Assembly: GCF_000175255.2 (NCBI RefSeq)
Contig: NC_017262.1
Span: 300,001-332,000, forward strand
Reading direction: 5' to 3'
Source: Zymomonas mobilis subsp. mobilis ATCC 10988
GTDB lineage: Bacteria; Pseudomonadota; Alphaproteobacteria; Sphingomonadales; Sphingomonadaceae
DNA: 32,000 nucleotides
Below the pieces are notes generated by a model. That model was given only the letters and a program-made list of their open reading frames with translations, was not told the origin of the DNA and searched no databases. Numbering within the stretch: the stretch's first letter is position 1; each line of letters starts with the position of its first letter. This document shows, piece by piece, positions 1 to 9,725 of the stretch. A program made the position numbers and the translations under genes.

Positions 1-59
1 ATAACAAGGGTCATAACGGATAAAGATAAATTTTTAATTAAAAAACAAAGCCCTATCTA

Positions 60-2306
60 TCATGAAAAACGGTTATTTTTCGGGAAACCAACCGGCGGTA
101 AACGCCCGCTAGCACCGCGGGCAACGACCCAAGTTTTCATATCGGTTTCGGTTCTTATTCGACCAGATTCGCCGCCCATTGGCCAACTCAATCCCTCTTC
201 AAGGGTAAAAGTCGTAGCATCTGACAGATGTCCGCCCCGATAACGTTGTAATTGAACACCACTTCCCTTTGCCAATTCAGGAATCTGGGACAGTGGGAAA
301 GCCAATAATTTTCGATTTTCGCCGATAAGGGCAATATGGTCATGATCTTCTTCGATGACTTTTAAAACCATCAAATATTCGTCTTTTTTAACCCTAACAA
401 TTTGTTTTCCCTTACGAGTTTCTGCAACCAGATTGGTCATCTGGGTAATAAAACCACGACCGCTCGAAGAAACGACCAACAATTTTCCTTCGGGATTAAG
501 CGGTAATAAGGCCATTATCTTGGTGTCATTACTGATGTCCAACATTAACCGCACAGGTTCACCAAAACCGCGCCCACCGGGTAATCGGTCGGCAAGCAAA
601 GTATAAAATCGACCATCTTCTGTCGCGATCAACAAGCGATCGGTGGTATAAGCATGGCAGATGAAATCAGCTTCATCGCCTTCCTTAAAGCGCATGGCTT
701 CGGTCGATTTCAGATCAACATGCCCCTTTAGCCCCCGAATCCAGCCGCGTTTTGACAACACAACGGTCATGGGTTCCCGTTCGATCATCGCATCTAACGG
801 AATAGCTTTTGCAGGCGTTTGTTCTTCAATCAGCGTTTGGCGTGCGCCTAATTTACTTTTTAGGCTATAGCGCTTCCGCAAAGCGGACAAATCGGATTTC
901 AGCTTTTTACTTTGCAAAGCATCGCTTTCAATCAAAGCTTGAAGTCCAGCTCGTTCTTCTTTTAAGCTATCACGCTCTGCGGTAATTTCAGCTTCTTCTA
1001 GGCGCTTTAACGCTCTAAGCCGCATATTCAGAATCGCTTCGGCCTGACGATCACTTAACTTAAATTCAGCGATCATTACCGATTTGGGATCGTCTTCATT
1101 TCTGATGATTTCGATCACCCGATCAAGATTGAGATAAGCAGCTAGATAGCCTTCCAGTAATTCAACTCGGTCATCAATACGCTGTAAACGATGGCGACAA
1201 CGCCGCTGTAACATCGCAAATTGATGCGCCAACCACTCTTTCAAAACCGTATGGAGTGGTAAAACCGCAGGCGTATGATGGCTATCCAGCACATTCATAT
1301 TAAGCGAAATACGCGTTTCAAGACTGGTCAGATGGAATAAACCATCCATCAAAAGCTGGGGATCAACTGTTCTGCTTTTGGGTTCTAGGACAATCCTGAT
1401 ATTTTCATCAGATTCGTCGCGTATATCGCTAAGAATAGGCAGCTTTTTCTCGTTTATCAAAGCCGCTATTTCTTCAATTAAACGCGATTTCGGTATCTGC
1501 CACGGTATTTCATGAATAACAATAATCCAGCCGCCGCGACCGATATCTTCGACCTCATAACGCGCTCTAACTCTGAAAGATCCCCGTCCTGTCTCATAGG
1601 CGTGGCGGATAGTATCGACAGAATCAACGATCTGGCCGCCGGTCGGAAAATCTGGGCCTTTGACAAAACGCAATAATTCTTTGGTTTCGGCTTCGGGATG
1701 GTCAATTAAATGACAGATAGCATCTATCAATTCAGCGACATTATGAGGCGGAATAGAGGTCGCCATACCGACGGCAATACCGCTCGAACCATTAGCTAAA
1801 AGATTAGGGAAAAGACCGGAAAAAAATTCTGGCTCTTCTTCTTCGCTATTATAGGTAGGTCGAAAATCAACCGCGCCCTCTTCCATGCCTTCCATCAGGT
1901 CATAAGCGGCTGTGGTCAGGCGGGCTTCGGTATAACGCATAGCGGCGGCATTATCGCCGTCAATATTACCAAAATTACCCTGCCCATCGACCAAGGGATA
2001 ACGGAGGGCAAAATCTTGGGCAAGGCGCACCATCGCGTCATAAACAGATTGGTCGCCATGCGGATGGTATTTACCAATCACATCGCCAACAACGCGGGCG
2101 CATTTTTTATAAGCCGAGGCCGGATCAAGTTTTAACAGCCGCATCGCCCATAATAACCGCCGTTGCACTGGCTTTAACCCGTCTCTGATATCGGGCAAAG
2201 AACGGGAGGTTATGGTTGATAAAGCATAAGCGAGATAGCGTTCTGATAACGCCTTATCAAAGGCTGTTTCGGAAATATTTTCAATGTCGGAAGAAAGGCT
2301 GGTCAT
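60..2306 (-). CDS. parC: DNA topoisomerase IV subunit A
   Basis: 748-aa ORF with typical GyrA/ParC N-terminus ([45 protein letters not shown]) and ParC-like length. Confidence 0.95.
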   Translation of the reverse strand: MTSLSSDIENISETAFDKALSERYLAYALSTITSRSLPDIRDGLKPVQRRLLWAMRLLKLDPASAYKKCARVVGDVIGKYHPHGDQSVYDAMVRLAQDFALRYPLVDGQGNFGNIDGDNAAAMRYTEARLTTAAYDLMEGMEEGAVDFRPTYNSEEEEPEFFSGLFPNLLANGSSGIAVGMATSIPPHNVAELIDAICHLIDHPEAETKELLRFVKGPDFPTGGQIVDSVDTIRHAYETGRGSFRVRARYEVEDIGRGGWIIVIHEIPWQIPKSRLIEEIAALINEKKLPILSDIRDESDENIRIVLEPKSRTVDPQLLMDGLFHLTSLETRISLNMNVLDSHHTPAVLPLHTVLKEWLAHQFAMLQRRCRHRLQRIDDRVELLEGYLAAYLNLDRVIEIIRNEDDPKSVMIAEFKLSDRQAEAILNMRLRALKRLEEAEITAERDSLKEERAGLQALIESDALQSKKLKSDLSALRKRYSLKSKLGARQTLIEEQTPAKAIPLDAMIEREPMTVVLSKRGWIRGLKGHVDLKSTEAMRFKEGDEADFICHAYTTDRLLIATEDGRFYTLLADRLPGGRGFGEPVRLMLDISNDTKIMALLPLNPEGKLLVVSSSGRGFITQMTNLVAETRKGKQIVRVKKDEYLMVLKVIEEDHDHIALIGENRKLLAFPLSQIPELAKGSGVQLQRYRGGHLSDATTFTLEEGLSWPMGGESGRIRTETDMKTWVVARGASGRLPPVGFPKNNRFS

Positions 2307-2510
2307 AAAAATGGAATAACAGAATCCTGTTTATAAATAAGGGTTTAAAATGGTAAAAATGCAGAATTTTTATATCGAGATCGCTGGGTCTTTTTTTGTT
2401 TCACGATGACTCCAGTACCGCATTTCGCTGGACTACGCCAAGGTTCGACACAGCAGGTTTATCAATCACTTAGGCGAGTTCAACATATGCCGGTGCTTTC
2501 CGAAACTTGA

Positions 2511-2556
2511 CCCGGTTTCCCCTCGCGTGGCTCCCATGCGGCTCTTGGAAACCGGG
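2511..2556. repeat. Perfect 10-bp inverted repeat CCCGGTTTCC(2511-2520)/GGAAACCGGG(2547-2556), just upstream of the truncated integrase start
   Basis: Direct reading; 26-nt spacer; lies 17 nt upstream of ATG 2574. Confidence 0.7.
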
Positions 2557-2573
2557 CTTTCCGAGGAGTCATC

Positions 2574-2621
2574 ATGGCGAAGATCAAGCTCACCAAGTCC
2601 GCAGTCGATGCGGCACAACCA
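2574..2621 (+). pseudogene. 5' fragment of a tyrosine-type phage/ICE integrase (MAKIKLTKSAVDAAQ...), truncated by fusion
   Basis: ATG 2574 preceded by GAGGAG RBS; MAKIKLTKSAVDAA resembles the N-terminus of DUF4102-type integrases; reading continues out of frame into DUF2274 sequence and stops. Confidence 0.6.
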
Positions 2622-2836
2622 AGAAACTGCGACTGGGGCCGTTGCCCAAGACCGAGAGCGTCAAGCTGACCTTCGCTTGCCCGGCCAGCTTGAAAGCCGA
2701 CCTCGACCGCTATGCCGCGCTGCACGCGCAGGCGTATGGCGAAGCAGTCGATGCCACAACGCTGATCCCGCACATGCTGGAAGCCTTCCTGGCGGGGGAT
2801 CGGGGGTTTAGGAAAGAGAAGACAAATAAAAACTAG
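2616..2836 (+). pseudogene. DUF2274-family coding sequence (TTKKLRLGPLPKTESVKLTFACPASLKADLDRYAALHAQAYGEAVDATTLIPHMLEAFLAGDRGFRK) lacking its own start codon
   Basis: Protein similarity by recall to small DUF2274 proteins encoded beside trb conjugation genes; the native ATG appears to be replaced at the junction. Confidence 0.65.
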
Positions 2837-2958
2837 AGCGACTTGTTTTATCCTAAAAACTATCTTTGTGCGAAAGAATTTTAATTGAAACTGTTTTGTG
2901 CGATAATTTCCTTGTTTTTTTTGAAATATATCGTGACGTCTTTTAAGTGGAGGTCTTA

Positions 2959-3912
2959 ATGGGAGTTGTGCCCTCGAATATCCCTGAAAAATTAAAAGGA
3001 CGATATCCAGAGGTTGAGTGCGAGTCATCCAAGAGTTTTTTACTGGCTCATAGCATTAATGAGCTAAATAAAATGCCAATCCAAACATCTGAGGCGAGCA
3101 CCAGTTCATTTAAGGTCTTTGCACATGAGTTTAACTCAGTAATGTTAACTGCGCATCTTTTTGAAAATCTCTTGATGCTAGAGGATGTTCGGCATGAAAA
3201 TAATGGGCATGATTGGTTTCAAATAGAAATTCCGGAAGAGTATTTTAGATATCCCGCTGAGAATGATCCGAGAAACTATGGTGGCCAGGACACTCCAAGA
3301 ATGAGTGATGAGGACAGGAGAGCTATATCTGCAGTTGTTCGAAAATCTAAAGAAATGGCGAACTATGCCAATGATGAGAATTTTGCAAAAAATAATCTTC
3401 ACAAACTTGAGTTTATTTCTATATTTTCGTTCTTAGAGTCATTCATTGAGAATGTGCAGGTGGAGGTTTTGGGTGTTTCTCGTGAGGATGCATCAAAATC
3501 CGTAAGATACGCCTCACTGCCAAATGCTATGGAAGATACATTCGAAAAAATAGATCCCGATATAAATATTTTCATAAAAAATATTTTATATGACTTCTAT
3601 GATTTCATGAAATTCTCGTATCTACTTAGAAATCTTCATAGCCATAATCTAGGCAGGGTCACACAAAGATTTTTTGATATGTGTGAAAAAGAAGGGCTTT
3701 TGAAAGATGACTATGGAATAAAAGAAGATGGAGAAAAAATTTTCTTTGGAAAAATTGTTCGTTTCACAGGCTATAGCAGAACAATTGAATTAGATAAATA
3801 CATTAATTTATCTGATATTAGTTTTGTTTTCAGGAATTATGCACGGGAGTGTATTTTTATTGCAGAACAGTACATAGAAGCGAGAGTACAGGTTAATTCG
3901 TCTCAGCACTAG
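2959..3912 (+). CDS. Uncharacterised protein with C-terminal HEPN-like domain (RNLHSH motif)
   Basis: 317-aa ORF; GTGGAGG RBS just upstream of ATG 2959; AT-rich; helical region FISIFSFLESFIENVQVEVLG and LLRNLHSHN (RX4H) at 3628-3645. Confidence 0.7.
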   Translation: MGVVPSNIPEKLKGRYPEVECESSKSFLLAHSINELNKMPIQTSEASTSSFKVFAHEFNSVMLTAHLFENLLMLEDVRHENNGHDWFQIEIPEEYFRYPAENDPRNYGGQDTPRMSDEDRRAISAVVRKSKEMANYANDENFAKNNLHKLEFISIFSFLESFIENVQVEVLGVSREDASKSVRYASLPNAMEDTFEKIDPDINIFIKNILYDFYDFMKFSYLLRNLHSHNLGRVTQRFFDMCEKEGLLKDDYGIKEDGEKIFFGKIVRFTGYSRTIELDKYINLSDISFVFRNYARECIFIAEQYIEARVQVNSSQH

Positions 3913-4534
3913 CGAGAGGCTGGAGTTAATCCACAGTGGTGGATAAGTATTCTGCAATCGACCAAGAATGAGAGCACCTCCCAGCCTCGTGCGGTGCCTA
4001 CCTTTGATATGAATGGTCGCGAGGGAATGAGTCGTGTTGGCACAATGCTGCTACATGGTTATCACCATCACGACCTAGCTTGCTCTTCCAAGGCTCTTAT
4101 ATGACTCCCAGCCCACAACTTCGCATCCCCTGCAAGCGACATGAAACAGAGCTAACCTATTGCCGCGTATATGATTTCAAGCTACACGTGATTTGTACGA
4201 AAGGCTTGACACCGGCCCTTTTTTGAGACCTCATTCTAGAAAGGGAAAAGCTACCCTCGATATTCAACATAAAAGTGATTTTACATTATCTCTTCTGATG
4301 CCTCAATGACATCAGGCAGAAAGTCAACTGCGTCAGAAAATCCAATGTTATTCCAAGCCACCCACAGACGGCGTCATTCTGGCGGCAAGATAAAGATCAA
4401 TTCTTTGGAAAAGTTTAGCCCCATTATAACGGGCTAAGAGATCAAAAAGCGCAGTTATAGGCGCGCCTAATAGAAGGATCAGCCATGCCACGGATAGAAT
4501 AAGATATATTCCATCCGCAGCAGGCTTTTATTTT

Positions 4535-5314
4535 TTATAAACCGCGATTTTTGCGATGGGATTCCAGATCCAGAACTTCGGTATCTGGTTCAACTGGCAA
4601 TAATCCTAAGCGGCGAGCAATTTCCTGATAGGCTTCGACTTCGCCACCCAAATCCTGACGGAAACGGTCTTTATCCAATTTTTCATTGGTAACCATATCC
4701 CACAAACGGCAACCGTCAGGACTAATTTCATCAGCCAGCAAGACGCGGCTATAGTCATTTTCCCAAACGCGACCGAATTCGAGTTTGAAATCGACCAAAC
4801 GAATATTGATGGCCGCAAAAAGACCACTCATGAAGTCATTCACACGGATCGCCATGTCAGCGATATCATGCATTTCTTCCTGCGTAGCCCAACCAAAACA
4901 GGCAATATGCTCATCTGCAACCATCGGGTCATTGAGGGCGTCATCTTTATAATAATATTCGATGATTGTCCGAGGCAGCGGGGTGCCTTCTTCAATGCCT
5001 AACCGCTTGCTCAAAGAACCGGCGGCAACATTTCTGATTACCACTTCGATCGGGATGATTTCGACCTGTTTGACCAATTGTTCGCGCATATTGAGGCGAC
5101 GAATGAAATGGGTCGGAATACCGATTCCTGCTAACAGGGTAAAAATATGCTCGGAAACCCGATTATTGATAACGCCCTTACCGCTAATCATGCCTTTTTT
5201 CTGGGCATTAAAAGCAGTCGCATCATCCTTGAAATACTGGATAATGGTGCCGGGTTCTGGGCCTTCATAAAGAATTTTGGCTTTGCCTTCGTAAATTTGG
5301 CGACGACGGGACAT
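4535..5314 (-). CDS. purC: Phosphoribosylaminoimidazole-succinocarboxamide synthase
   Basis: [70 protein letters not shown] motifs. Confidence 0.96.
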   Translation of the reverse strand: MSRRRQIYEGKAKILYEGPEPGTIIQYFKDDATAFNAQKKGMISGKGVINNRVSEHIFTLLAGIGIPTHFIRRLNMREQLVKQVEIIPIEVVIRNVAAGSLSKRLGIEEGTPLPRTIIEYYYKDDALNDPMVADEHIACFGWATQEEMHDIADMAIRVNDFMSGLFAAINIRLVDFKLEFGRVWENDYSRVLLADEISPDGCRLWDMVTNEKLDKDRFRQDLGGEVEAYQEIARRLGLLPVEPDTEVLDLESHRKNRGL

Positions 5315-5648
5315 GAATTAGCTTCTCCGAAAAAGGAACAGGACAGATCCTGTGCCGAAAAAGGCAAGGCGCTTAATAAACGCTTTCTTATTTTGAGCGC
5401 TTTTATAACTGAAAATATGTCTGGCGCAAACAGCCGGATAGAAAGTTTATCATTTTTATGAAGGCAAGATAAAAGTTAAAAAAAGGCTTTTATAATGATT
5501 ATAAACAGCCAGAATATTTTATTTCATATCAATATAAAATATGCTGTTCTTAATAAAAATTAGCCAACCCCAGCCCAAAAATTCAGATATAATTGATCTG
5601 CCTATTCGAGAGGGATTGGCTGTTTATTTTTACAGAAAAAACGCTAAT

Positions 5649-6521
5649 TTATCCAAATCGTCCCGTTAAATAGTCACGGGCGCGACGGGTCTTTGGACGC
5701 GCAAACAAACGATCGGTTGAACAAAACTCGATCATATTACCCAAATACATAAAGCCGGTATAATCAGAAATACGGGCGGCCTGCTGCAAGTTATGCGTAA
5801 CGATAACGATGCTCAGGTCTTTCTTTAATTCCATCAAGGTTTCTTCCAACCTTGCCGTTGAAACCGGATCAAGCGCAGAAGCTGGCTCATCCAGCAAAAG
5901 AACTTCTGGTTCAACCGCAAGCCCACGGGCAACACAAAGACGCTGCTGTTGTCCACCAGAAAGGCTAAGGCCGGATTCTTTTAATTTATCTTTTACTTCA
6001 TCCCAAAGAGCGGCGCGATGCAAGGATCGTTCAACAATATGATCTAATTCCTGACGCGATTTATTAAAATGAAGACGAACGCCATAGGCGACATTGTCAT
6101 AAATCGACATTGGGAACGGCGTTGGTTTTTGGAAAACCATGCCAATCCGCGCTCTGATTTGAGAAATATCATCACCCAATGGATCAAGGGTAACGTTATC
6201 GCCCCGTTCTTTTAAACGGGTAAGCGTGTCATGGTCGGTCAGAATATCTTTTCCATCCAACAACACGCGACCAACTGCATATTGCTGGGGATAAAGAGCG
6301 TATATCCGGTTTAAAATCCGTAAAAGCGTCGATTTTCCACATCCGGAGGGGCCAATAAGCGCCGTAATTTTATTCCGCTCAACAGGTAAGCTGACATTAA
6401 ATAAAGTCTGATGCGTCCCATAATAGAAATCGAGGTTGCGCGCTTCCAGATTGAGATTTTCTGCTGCTGGGGGCGCAATAAACTGTTCGAGGTCTTCGAC
6501 CGTGTTATCTTTATTCGTCAT
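5649..6521 (-). CDS. pstB: Phosphate ABC transporter ATP-binding protein
   Basis: Walker [13 protein letters not shown], signature [16 protein letters not shown]; start trimmed from ORF 6605 to ATG 6521, which overlaps the pstA stop (TAATG). Confidence 0.95.
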   Translation of the reverse strand: MTNKDNTVEDLEQFIAPPAAENLNLEARNLDFYYGTHQTLFNVSLPVERNKITALIGPSGCGKSTLLRILNRIYALYPQQYAVGRVLLDGKDILTDHDTLTRLKERGDNVTLDPLGDDISQIRARIGMVFQKPTPFPMSIYDNVAYGVRLHFNKSRQELDHIVERSLHRAALWDEVKDKLKESGLSLSGGQQQRLCVARGLAVEPEVLLLDEPASALDPVSTARLEETLMELKKDLSIVIVTHNLQQAARISDYTGFMYLGNMIEFCSTDRLFARPKTRRARDYLTGRFG

Positions 6522-7357
6522 TAGCGTTTTCCCCCTCTGGTCATAACGCGTCCTAAAATATTGATGGTTAGAACCGCCATAGCAATTAGCAAGGCACCAA
6601 CCCATGCTAAATTACGCCAATCGTCATAAGCGCTCATGGCGAATTGGAAGATGGTCGTTGGCAAACTGCCCATGGGTTCGGTCATATTGAGAGTCAGGAA
6701 TTGATTACCCAGAGCGGTGAAAAGTAGCGGTGCCGTTTCGCCGCTGATACGGGCAAATCCAAGTAAACCACCGGTTAACAGTCCGGGGGCTGCTGCTTTC
6801 CAAATAATCGAACGGATAACCAGACCCTGAGAAGCCCCCAGCCCCATACCGGCTTCTCTTAGCGTATTGGGCTGCAACTGTAGCATGTCATAGGTTGTTC
6901 TAGTCACAATCGGCATAGCCAGCAAAGCCAGAGAGACGGCACCTGCAAAGGCCGAAAATCCGTGGAATGGCCGCACCATAATTTCATAAACGAAAAGACC
7001 AACCAGAATAGACGGCACAGAAAGCAAGACATCATTCAAGAAATGGATTGCTTGGCCATATTTCGAATTACGACTATATTCAGAAAGCCATGTGCCAGCC
7101 ATAATGCCCAAAACCACGGCAATAATCATGGCCACCACACACATGGCAATAGAACCGATTATGGCATTTCTTAAACCACCTGACATTCCAGGCGATGGCT
7201 GATCTTGAGTAAAGACCGAAAGATGCAAGCCTCCGGCACCATTGATTATAAGAGACCCCAAAATAAGGGCGAGCATCCCGACAGCCAATAAAGTCGACAA
7301 GCTGCACAAGGCGACAAAAACTTTATTGATAAAGCGGCGTTTTAAATTGCTACTCAT
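6521..7357 (-). CDS. pstA: Phosphate ABC transporter permease PstA
   Basis: Multi-pass permease, typical PstA features ([37 protein letters not shown]), operon position. Confidence 0.93.
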   Translation of the reverse strand: MSSNLKRRFINKVFVALCSLSTLLAVGMLALILGSLIINGAGGLHLSVFTQDQPSPGMSGGLRNAIIGSIAMCVVAMIIAVVLGIMAGTWLSEYSRNSKYGQAIHFLNDVLLSVPSILVGLFVYEIMVRPFHGFSAFAGAVSLALLAMPIVTRTTYDMLQLQPNTLREAGMGLGASQGLVIRSIIWKAAAPGLLTGGLLGFARISGETAPLLFTALGNQFLTLNMTEPMGSLPTTIFQFAMSAYDDWRNLAWVGALLIAMAVLTINILGRVMTRGGKR

Positions 7358-7365
7358 AAAAATGC

Positions 7366-8325
7366 CTAACTCCGTTTACCAATAAGAAGCCGTGCCATAA
7401 TCAAAACCATAAAGGTGATCATAAACAGAACCAGCCCCAAAGCCGTTAAGGCTGCACTATGCATTTCGCTAGTGGCTTCGGTAAATTCATTGGCAATCGT
7501 TGATGCAATAGTTGAACCGGAATCAAAGAGAGAATGTGGCAGGCTGTGGGTATTACCGATGATAAAGGTTACGGCCATGGTTTCACCCAAGGCGCGCCCT
7601 AAGCCCAACATGATGACCCCGATCAATCCTCTTTTGACATAGGGGATAATGACAGAGCAGACGACTTCAAAAGGCGTTGCTCCCAAGCCATAGGCTGCTT
7701 CTCTCACCTGTGCAGGCACGGTCAGGAATAACTCCCGAAAAACCGATGCCATATAAGGCAAAATCATAATAGCAAGGATCAAAGAGGCTGTCAGAATATT
7801 GGCACCATTCGGTACCCCCGCGACCATTCTACCTAACCATGAATCCGGTGAAACATGAATCAAAAGCGGGAATTGGATATAATGGGCAAACCAAGGCGCT
7901 AAAACAAATAGCCCCCACATACCGTAAACAATGGAAGGAATACCGGCCAACAATTCAACCGCAACCGCTATAGGTCTGGCCAAAATTCTGGGGCAGAATT
8001 CTACCAAGAAAACGGAAATCCCGATAGCAAGCGGCAAAGCCAGCAATAGCGCCAAAAAGGCGGTAATCAATGTCCCTATAATCGGGCCCGCTGCACCATA
8101 TACTTCCGAAACAGGATTCCATTCGCTGGACAGAAAAAAGTTAAATCCGAAAGCCCTAAAGGCTGGCCAGCCACCGATAGCCAAAGCCACGATGATGCCA
8201 GCCATAGCAACAAGGGTCAGCGTTGCAGCCGAAAAGCACAGGGAACGGAAAATCATTTCTCCGAAAGACCCTGAAGGAAAAAGACGATTTAATCGAGAAG
8301 GCTGGGACAAGGCAGAATCACTCAT
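7366..8325 (-). CDS. pstC: Phosphate ABC transporter permease PstC
   Basis: ELLAGIPSIVYGMWGLFVLAP, LGRALGETMAVTFIIGN motifs characteristic of PstC. Confidence 0.94.
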   Translation of the reverse strand: MSDSALSQPSRLNRLFPSGSFGEMIFRSLCFSAATLTLVAMAGIIVALAIGGWPAFRAFGFNFFLSSEWNPVSEVYGAAGPIIGTLITAFLALLLALPLAIGISVFLVEFCPRILARPIAVAVELLAGIPSIVYGMWGLFVLAPWFAHYIQFPLLIHVSPDSWLGRMVAGVPNGANILTASLILAIMILPYMASVFRELFLTVPAQVREAAYGLGATPFEVVCSVIIPYVKRGLIGVIMLGLGRALGETMAVTFIIGNTHSLPHSLFDSGSTIASTIANEFTEATSEMHSAALTALGLVLFMITFMVLIMARLLIGKRS

Positions 8326-8419
8326 AAAATTTATCCGACTCTCTTCTGACAGCTATCATCTTTTTCCTCATATCTGTTTAGGCTGATGTAGAATATTACA
8401 ACAAACAGCCAAAATATAC

Positions 8420-9460
8420 CTAGCGGGCAGCGTTATAGACGGCTTTCCCGTTAACTTGAATGTTCGATCCCCATTGCTGGCGGATGAACGTCTTCACTTC
8501 TTTCGGTAATGGCGCATAGTCAAGAGATAAAGCATCCTGATCGCCATTCTGATATCCCCAATCAAAGAATTTTAGGATTTCAGCCGTGGTTTCAGGTTTG
8601 CTGGGGGTGCGATGTAAAAGAATATAGGTCGTTGAAACGATTGGCCAGCTTTCTGCGCCCTTCTGATCCAGAAGGGAAATATTATTCCCAGCTGCATGCG
8701 TCCAATCCGCAGAAGCCGAGGCGGCTTTGAAACTTTCAGTGGAAGGATGCGGGAAGCGACCATCACGATTGGCAATCAAAGCATAAGGCACCGTGCTTTG
8801 ACGGGTATAGGCATATTCGACATAGCCGATTGAACCGATTGTCTGTTTAACAAAGGCGGCTACCCCATCATTGCCTTTACCACCAAGACCAATCGGCCAT
8901 TGCACGGCATCGCTGGCACCGACACGGGAGGCCCATTCAGGACTTTTCAGCGACAGATAAGACGTAAACTGGAAGGACGTGCCGGAACCATCCGCGCGAT
9001 GCACCACCGTAATCGGTACTGGCGGTAATTTTAACCACGGGTTGATGGACGCGATCCGCGGGTCATTCCAACGGGTAATTTTACCAAGATAAATATCGGC
9101 AAGAATACTGCCTGTTAAATGCAAGCGACCTGACCGCAAACCCGGCAAGTTAATGATAGGCACAATGCCTCCCATCACGGTCGGGAACTGATAAAGACCA
9201 TCTTTTGAAAGCTCTTCGGTTTTCAAAGGCTTGTCAGACGCTCCGAAATCAACGGTAGAGGCTTTAATTTGCTTAATACCGCCACCGGAACCAATAGGCT
9301 GATAATTGATAACAGCACCCGTCTGGTTGCGATAGGAATTGGCCCATTTTCCATAAACAGGTGCTGGGAATGTCGCGCCTGCACCGGAAATAGTCGTTGC
9401 ATAGGCCGTGCTGCCAAAAAGGCTGACGAAACCAACAAGGGCAGCTATTTTCTTAACCAT
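8420..9460 (-). CDS. pstS: Phosphate-binding periplasmic protein
   Basis: Signal peptide then TTISGAGATFPAPVYGKWANSYRNQTGAVINYQPIGSGGGIKQIKASTVDFGASD; start trimmed to ATG 9460 (MVKKIAALVG). Confidence 0.95.
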   Translation of the reverse strand: MVKKIAALVGFVSLFGSTAYATTISGAGATFPAPVYGKWANSYRNQTGAVINYQPIGSGGGIKQIKASTVDFGASDKPLKTEELSKDGLYQFPTVMGGIVPIINLPGLRSGRLHLTGSILADIYLGKITRWNDPRIASINPWLKLPPVPITVVHRADGSGTSFQFTSYLSLKSPEWASRVGASDAVQWPIGLGGKGNDGVAAFVKQTIGSIGYVEYAYTRQSTVPYALIANRDGRFPHPSTESFKAASASADWTHAAGNNISLLDQKGAESWPIVSTTYILLHRTPSKPETTAEILKFFDWGYQNGDQDALSLDYAPLPKEVKTFIRQQWGSNIQVNGKAVYNAAR

Positions 9461-9611
9461 AACAGCGCTTCTTTCTTTTAATGCCGAATAGTAAGGTGTT
9501 TTATGCCTTCGAGCTGTAATCATGGCATATTGCACAAAAATGACAGAAATCTGTTTTTTATAAATTTTTTAAAAAACATCTCCGCCTTTTTACGCTGGAA
9601 ACGAAGACATT

Positions 9612-9674
9612 CTGTCATATTTCTATCATAAAACTGCCTCCAAATTGTCATCAAATTGATAGAAAAACTGTCAT
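9612..9674 (+). promoter_or_regulatory. Pho-box-like tandem array (CTGTCAT-type half sites at about 11-bp intervals)
   Basis: CTGTCAT(9612) CTATCAT(9623) CTGCCTC(9634) TTGTCAT(9645) TTGATAG(9656) CTGTCAT(9668), between divergent pstS and porin genes. Confidence 0.75.
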
Positions 9675-9725
9675 AAGTGCCATTTATGAACTGTCCTGCC
9701 GGAAAAGAATGTGCAGGAGCCTTTA

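Noticed and set aside
355-1705. Antisense ORFs within parC (355..606, 661..870, 1478..1705)
   Set aside because: Shadow ORFs opposite or overlapping a strongly conserved coding gene; low-complexity, no recognisable domain.
2480-3028. 182-aa minus-strand ORF over the integrase/DUF2274 scar
   Set aside because: Antisense to recognisable DUF2274 sequence; translation shows no family signature and ends in the adjacent gene start.
2959-3912. Considering the HEPN-like gene plus neighbours as a complete new multi-gene defence system
   Set aside because: Only one intact gene is present; adjacent sequences are a scar and unexplained non-coding DNA, so a multi-component system cannot be supported.
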